Positions 60,985 through 64,000 of a stretch of DNA of 64,000 nt are shown here, in pieces. This stretch comes from the human T2T-CHM13v2.0 reference genome, Homo sapiens. The position numbers and the translations under genes are program-made. Below the pieces are notes generated by a model. That model was not told the DNA's origin. It ran no database searches and worked only from the letters and a program-made list of their open reading frames with translations. The stretch lies in the NCBI RefSeq assembly GCF_009914755.1, contig NC_060928.1; one strand, 5' to 3'. Within the stretch, counting starts at the first letter, position 1. The number at the start of each line of letters is the position of its first letter.

Positions 60985-61465
60985 ATATATTTTAATTGAA
61001 ACATAATAATTGTACATATTTATGGGCTACAGTGTGATATTTTGATACATGTAAACAATATGTAATCAAGGTAATTAGCATATCAGTTATCTCAAAACTT
61101 TATCATTGCTTTGTGTTGGTAACATTCAAAATCGTCTCTTCTAGCTATTTGAAAAATTACAATAAATTATTGTTTACGATAATCACTCTATAGCTCTATA
61201 GGACACTAGAACTTACCCCTCCTGCCTAGCTGTAATTTTGTTTCTGCTAACCAACTTCTTTCTATCTCCCCTTCCACTTACCCTTTCCCCCCTCTGGTAA
61301 TCACTATTCTACTATCTACTTCTAGGAGATCAACTTTTCTAAGGTCCACATATGAGTCAGGACATACAGTGTTTATCTTTCTGTACCTGACTTACTTCAC
61401 TTAACATAATGTACCCCAGGCTCATCCATGTTGCTGTGAGTGACACGATTTGCTGCTTTTTTATG
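60985..61465 (-). mobile_element. L1MA-type LINE 3' end
   Basis: 'ataattgtacatatttatggg.tacagtgtgatattttgatacatg...ccctctggtaatcactattctact'. Confidence 0.88.
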
Positions 61466-61847
61466 TAAAATACTTGAAACGGTTACTTTAAGATGTATTG
61501 GTTTTACAGATTTTTAAACTTTGAGGGTACTTTTTCAATTTTATAAGGGCTAATTTGCTGTTTATAAGCAGATAAACAATATTAAGTGCACTTTAATAAA
61601 AATTAAGTGTGATAACATTTTTGTGGTATTTTGTATATTCTTTACTAAATTTTGAGAAACACTTAATATTGGTTATTCTCTCACTATCCAGGATCAGACA
61701 TATTTATTTTTGAATTATATCTTTTCCCCAACACTATTTCTTCCATGTGTTCAGTTAGCCATGAAGTGTGAAGGTTAAATTATAGATGTATTCTTCAAAA
61801 GTAGTTCAGGGATGTCTGCAGAAAATGTGGCTATGGTACATACAGAT

Positions 61848-62881
61848 ACAGTGGTCTCTTGGCATCCTTGAGGAATTGGCTCTAGGAACCCCCACAGATA
61901 CGAGAATCAAGTCCCTTGTAAAGAAAAAAAAAAAGACTATTTGCATATAACCTATGCACATTCTTCCATATACTTTAAATCATTTCTAGATTACTTGCAA
62001 TGTTACCAGGAAGTGCACAAATCTTGGTTCTTGTCTAACTTGGGAGAAAGAATTCAGCCAAGAGACAATTTAGCCAAAGAGGAGAATTTATCGAAGGAAA
62101 ATAGCAGAGAGTTGATTTAGAGAGACAGGACACTGAAAGACGAGGCAGAGTGGGCTGCTGAAAGAGAATGAGCCAGTAGCAGCCCTGAGAGATCGGCATT
62201 CAGTTTTTACAACATCGGATTTTTCTTGAAGTTTCCACCCCTGTCTTAAGTCTCATCTTTTTTCTTTGTCTAGTTTTCTTGCTGCTGCCTTGTCTCCACC
62301 TCTCCCCACCTAGTTCCCATCCCAGGTTTGTGGGATTCCCCCTTACTGTCAGCTGATGCACCTGCATAGGCCCAGATAGGAATTCTACCTAGTGGTGGTG
62401 TTGCTCATTACTGCCACCCCAGGAAAGCCTCATAGCAGTTAAATCTGCACTTACTGTGCCTTTGTATATCTTAGGAGTTTCTCCTTTGACCTCTTCCCCT
62501 CCTTATCAGCATTTAGGTAGCTACATTCTGACAAGTTAACTGCAGAGTGAGCAATTACTGGGCGTCTTAAGGGGTGTTTCATTCTGCAGATATTTCCCCT
62601 CTTGTCTGGTCATCCACAGCATGCAGGTTTCTGGTTTCTGGTGTCAGGTTTTCCAGACTTGCCTTTTTTCATGCCCCCCGTGTCCCACTCATGTCTAACT
62701 GTCTGCCTACTCTAACCATAATACCTAATACATTGTCAGTGCTATATAAACAGTTGTTATACAGCCTTTTATTATTTTTATTGTTGTGTTATTTTTATTG
62801 TTGTTTTTATTTTTTAATATTTGCAATCTGGGGTTGGTTGAATCTGAGGATGCAAAACCCATGGACACTGAGGGATGGTTG
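61848..62881. mobile_element. MER2 split by an ERV1 LTR
   Basis: Left part 61848-62000 ends 'tagattactt..'; right part from ~62719 resumes 'taatacctaataca...gatgcaaaacccatgga'. Confidence 0.8.
62001..62718 (-). mobile_element. ERV1 (MER4-group-like) solo LTR
   Basis: 'tgttacc...aaagaattcagccaaga...tgtctgcctactctaac'; family not certain. Confidence 0.7.
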
Positions 62882-62906
62882 AATTTCTTGATATAACATA
62901 AATCTC

Positions 62907-63215
<309 letters not shown>

Positions 63216-63519
63216 ATTAATCTTAACTACAGTGTCTAGAAAACCAGAAGATACTACACAGAGACCATAAGGAACGAAATGAACAAGTATGAGGCTTCAC
63301 TGTGGGTCATGAAGGAATTGGCAAGATGATTCAATATCTAAGCAAGTTGACCCTATGAAGATGTGAAGAGCTCTTCTACTGATTGCTGAAAGATCTGTTT
63401 GAGTTACTAGGTTCCTCTTGGCCTCTGGTTCTACTAGAGGGAAACATCTGCAAGGTTCACATATTCTTTCTTATTAATAAGTGTGGCACATAATTCTTCA
63501 GTTATCATTTTTTACCTTA

Positions 63520-63990
63520 ATGCAATATGTCTAATCATTTTGCCTTCATTCTGCCAATCTATTCCATACTATCATTCTTGCCATTGCTAAAGTAACACTT
63601 CCAAACATTTTTTTCACTTGCTCAACAACTTCCAATATTTTTATGTCCAGAGTTCTTACCATGGCATTCAGTGCATCTCCTCCTTAGCCTGCCTTTGCAA
63701 ACTTACCTCCTAATCCATTGCATGACCCTCTCTTCCAGTAAGCATGCTGTACTCACTGATGCTAAAATGTAGCTTGCTCATTTCAGCCTGTCGTCCATGA
63801 ATCTTACTGTGCAGTCTCTAAATCTATCTCCCACTTCTGAACCCCTATTTTAGATGGTGCGTGAATACTAATTTTTCATTGAACTACATTTTCTGATATC
63901 TGAAGATGTTTCCTATATTCCTCTGGTTAGATAACAATCTTCCTTGGGGTGGAGTTTTATTTTATGTAGCCTCTAGTGTGGTACTAATCC
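63520..63990 (-). mobile_element. L2 fragment
   Basis: Pyrimidine-rich L2-like phrases ('ccattctccatac'-type, 'cttaccatggc'); diverged. Confidence 0.5.
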
Positions 63991-64000
63991 TATCATAGCA

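Overview
AT-rich, non-coding primate (probably hominoid) nuclear DNA, intronic or intergenic. No host protein-coding exon, tRNA, rRNA or CRISPR array was recognised. The only ORFs with recognisable protein are broken LINE-1 ORF2 fragments; the rest are Alu read-throughs or chance ORFs. The window holds about 22 Alus, one L1PA3-like insertion, old L1M/L2/MIR relics, MaLR and ERV LTRs, and Tigger/Charlie MITEs. Subfamily names are from memory of consensus sequences, not a search. The most notable structures are: (1) a ~145-bp, ~93%-identical inverted repeat of non-annotated sequence (14835-14977 / 16824-16970) that appears to predate an AluS insertion; (2) an L1 with a twin-priming 5' inversion and a 14-nt 3' transduction; (3) a snap-back templated insertion inside an Alu monomer; (4) a CpG-rich unique element at ~40.1-40.4 kb with splice-acceptor-like ends on both strands; (5) CpG retention over an MSTA LTR and L2; (6) a candidate 38-nt micro-exon in a repeat-poor block. 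I found no solid evidence of a new protein-coding system.
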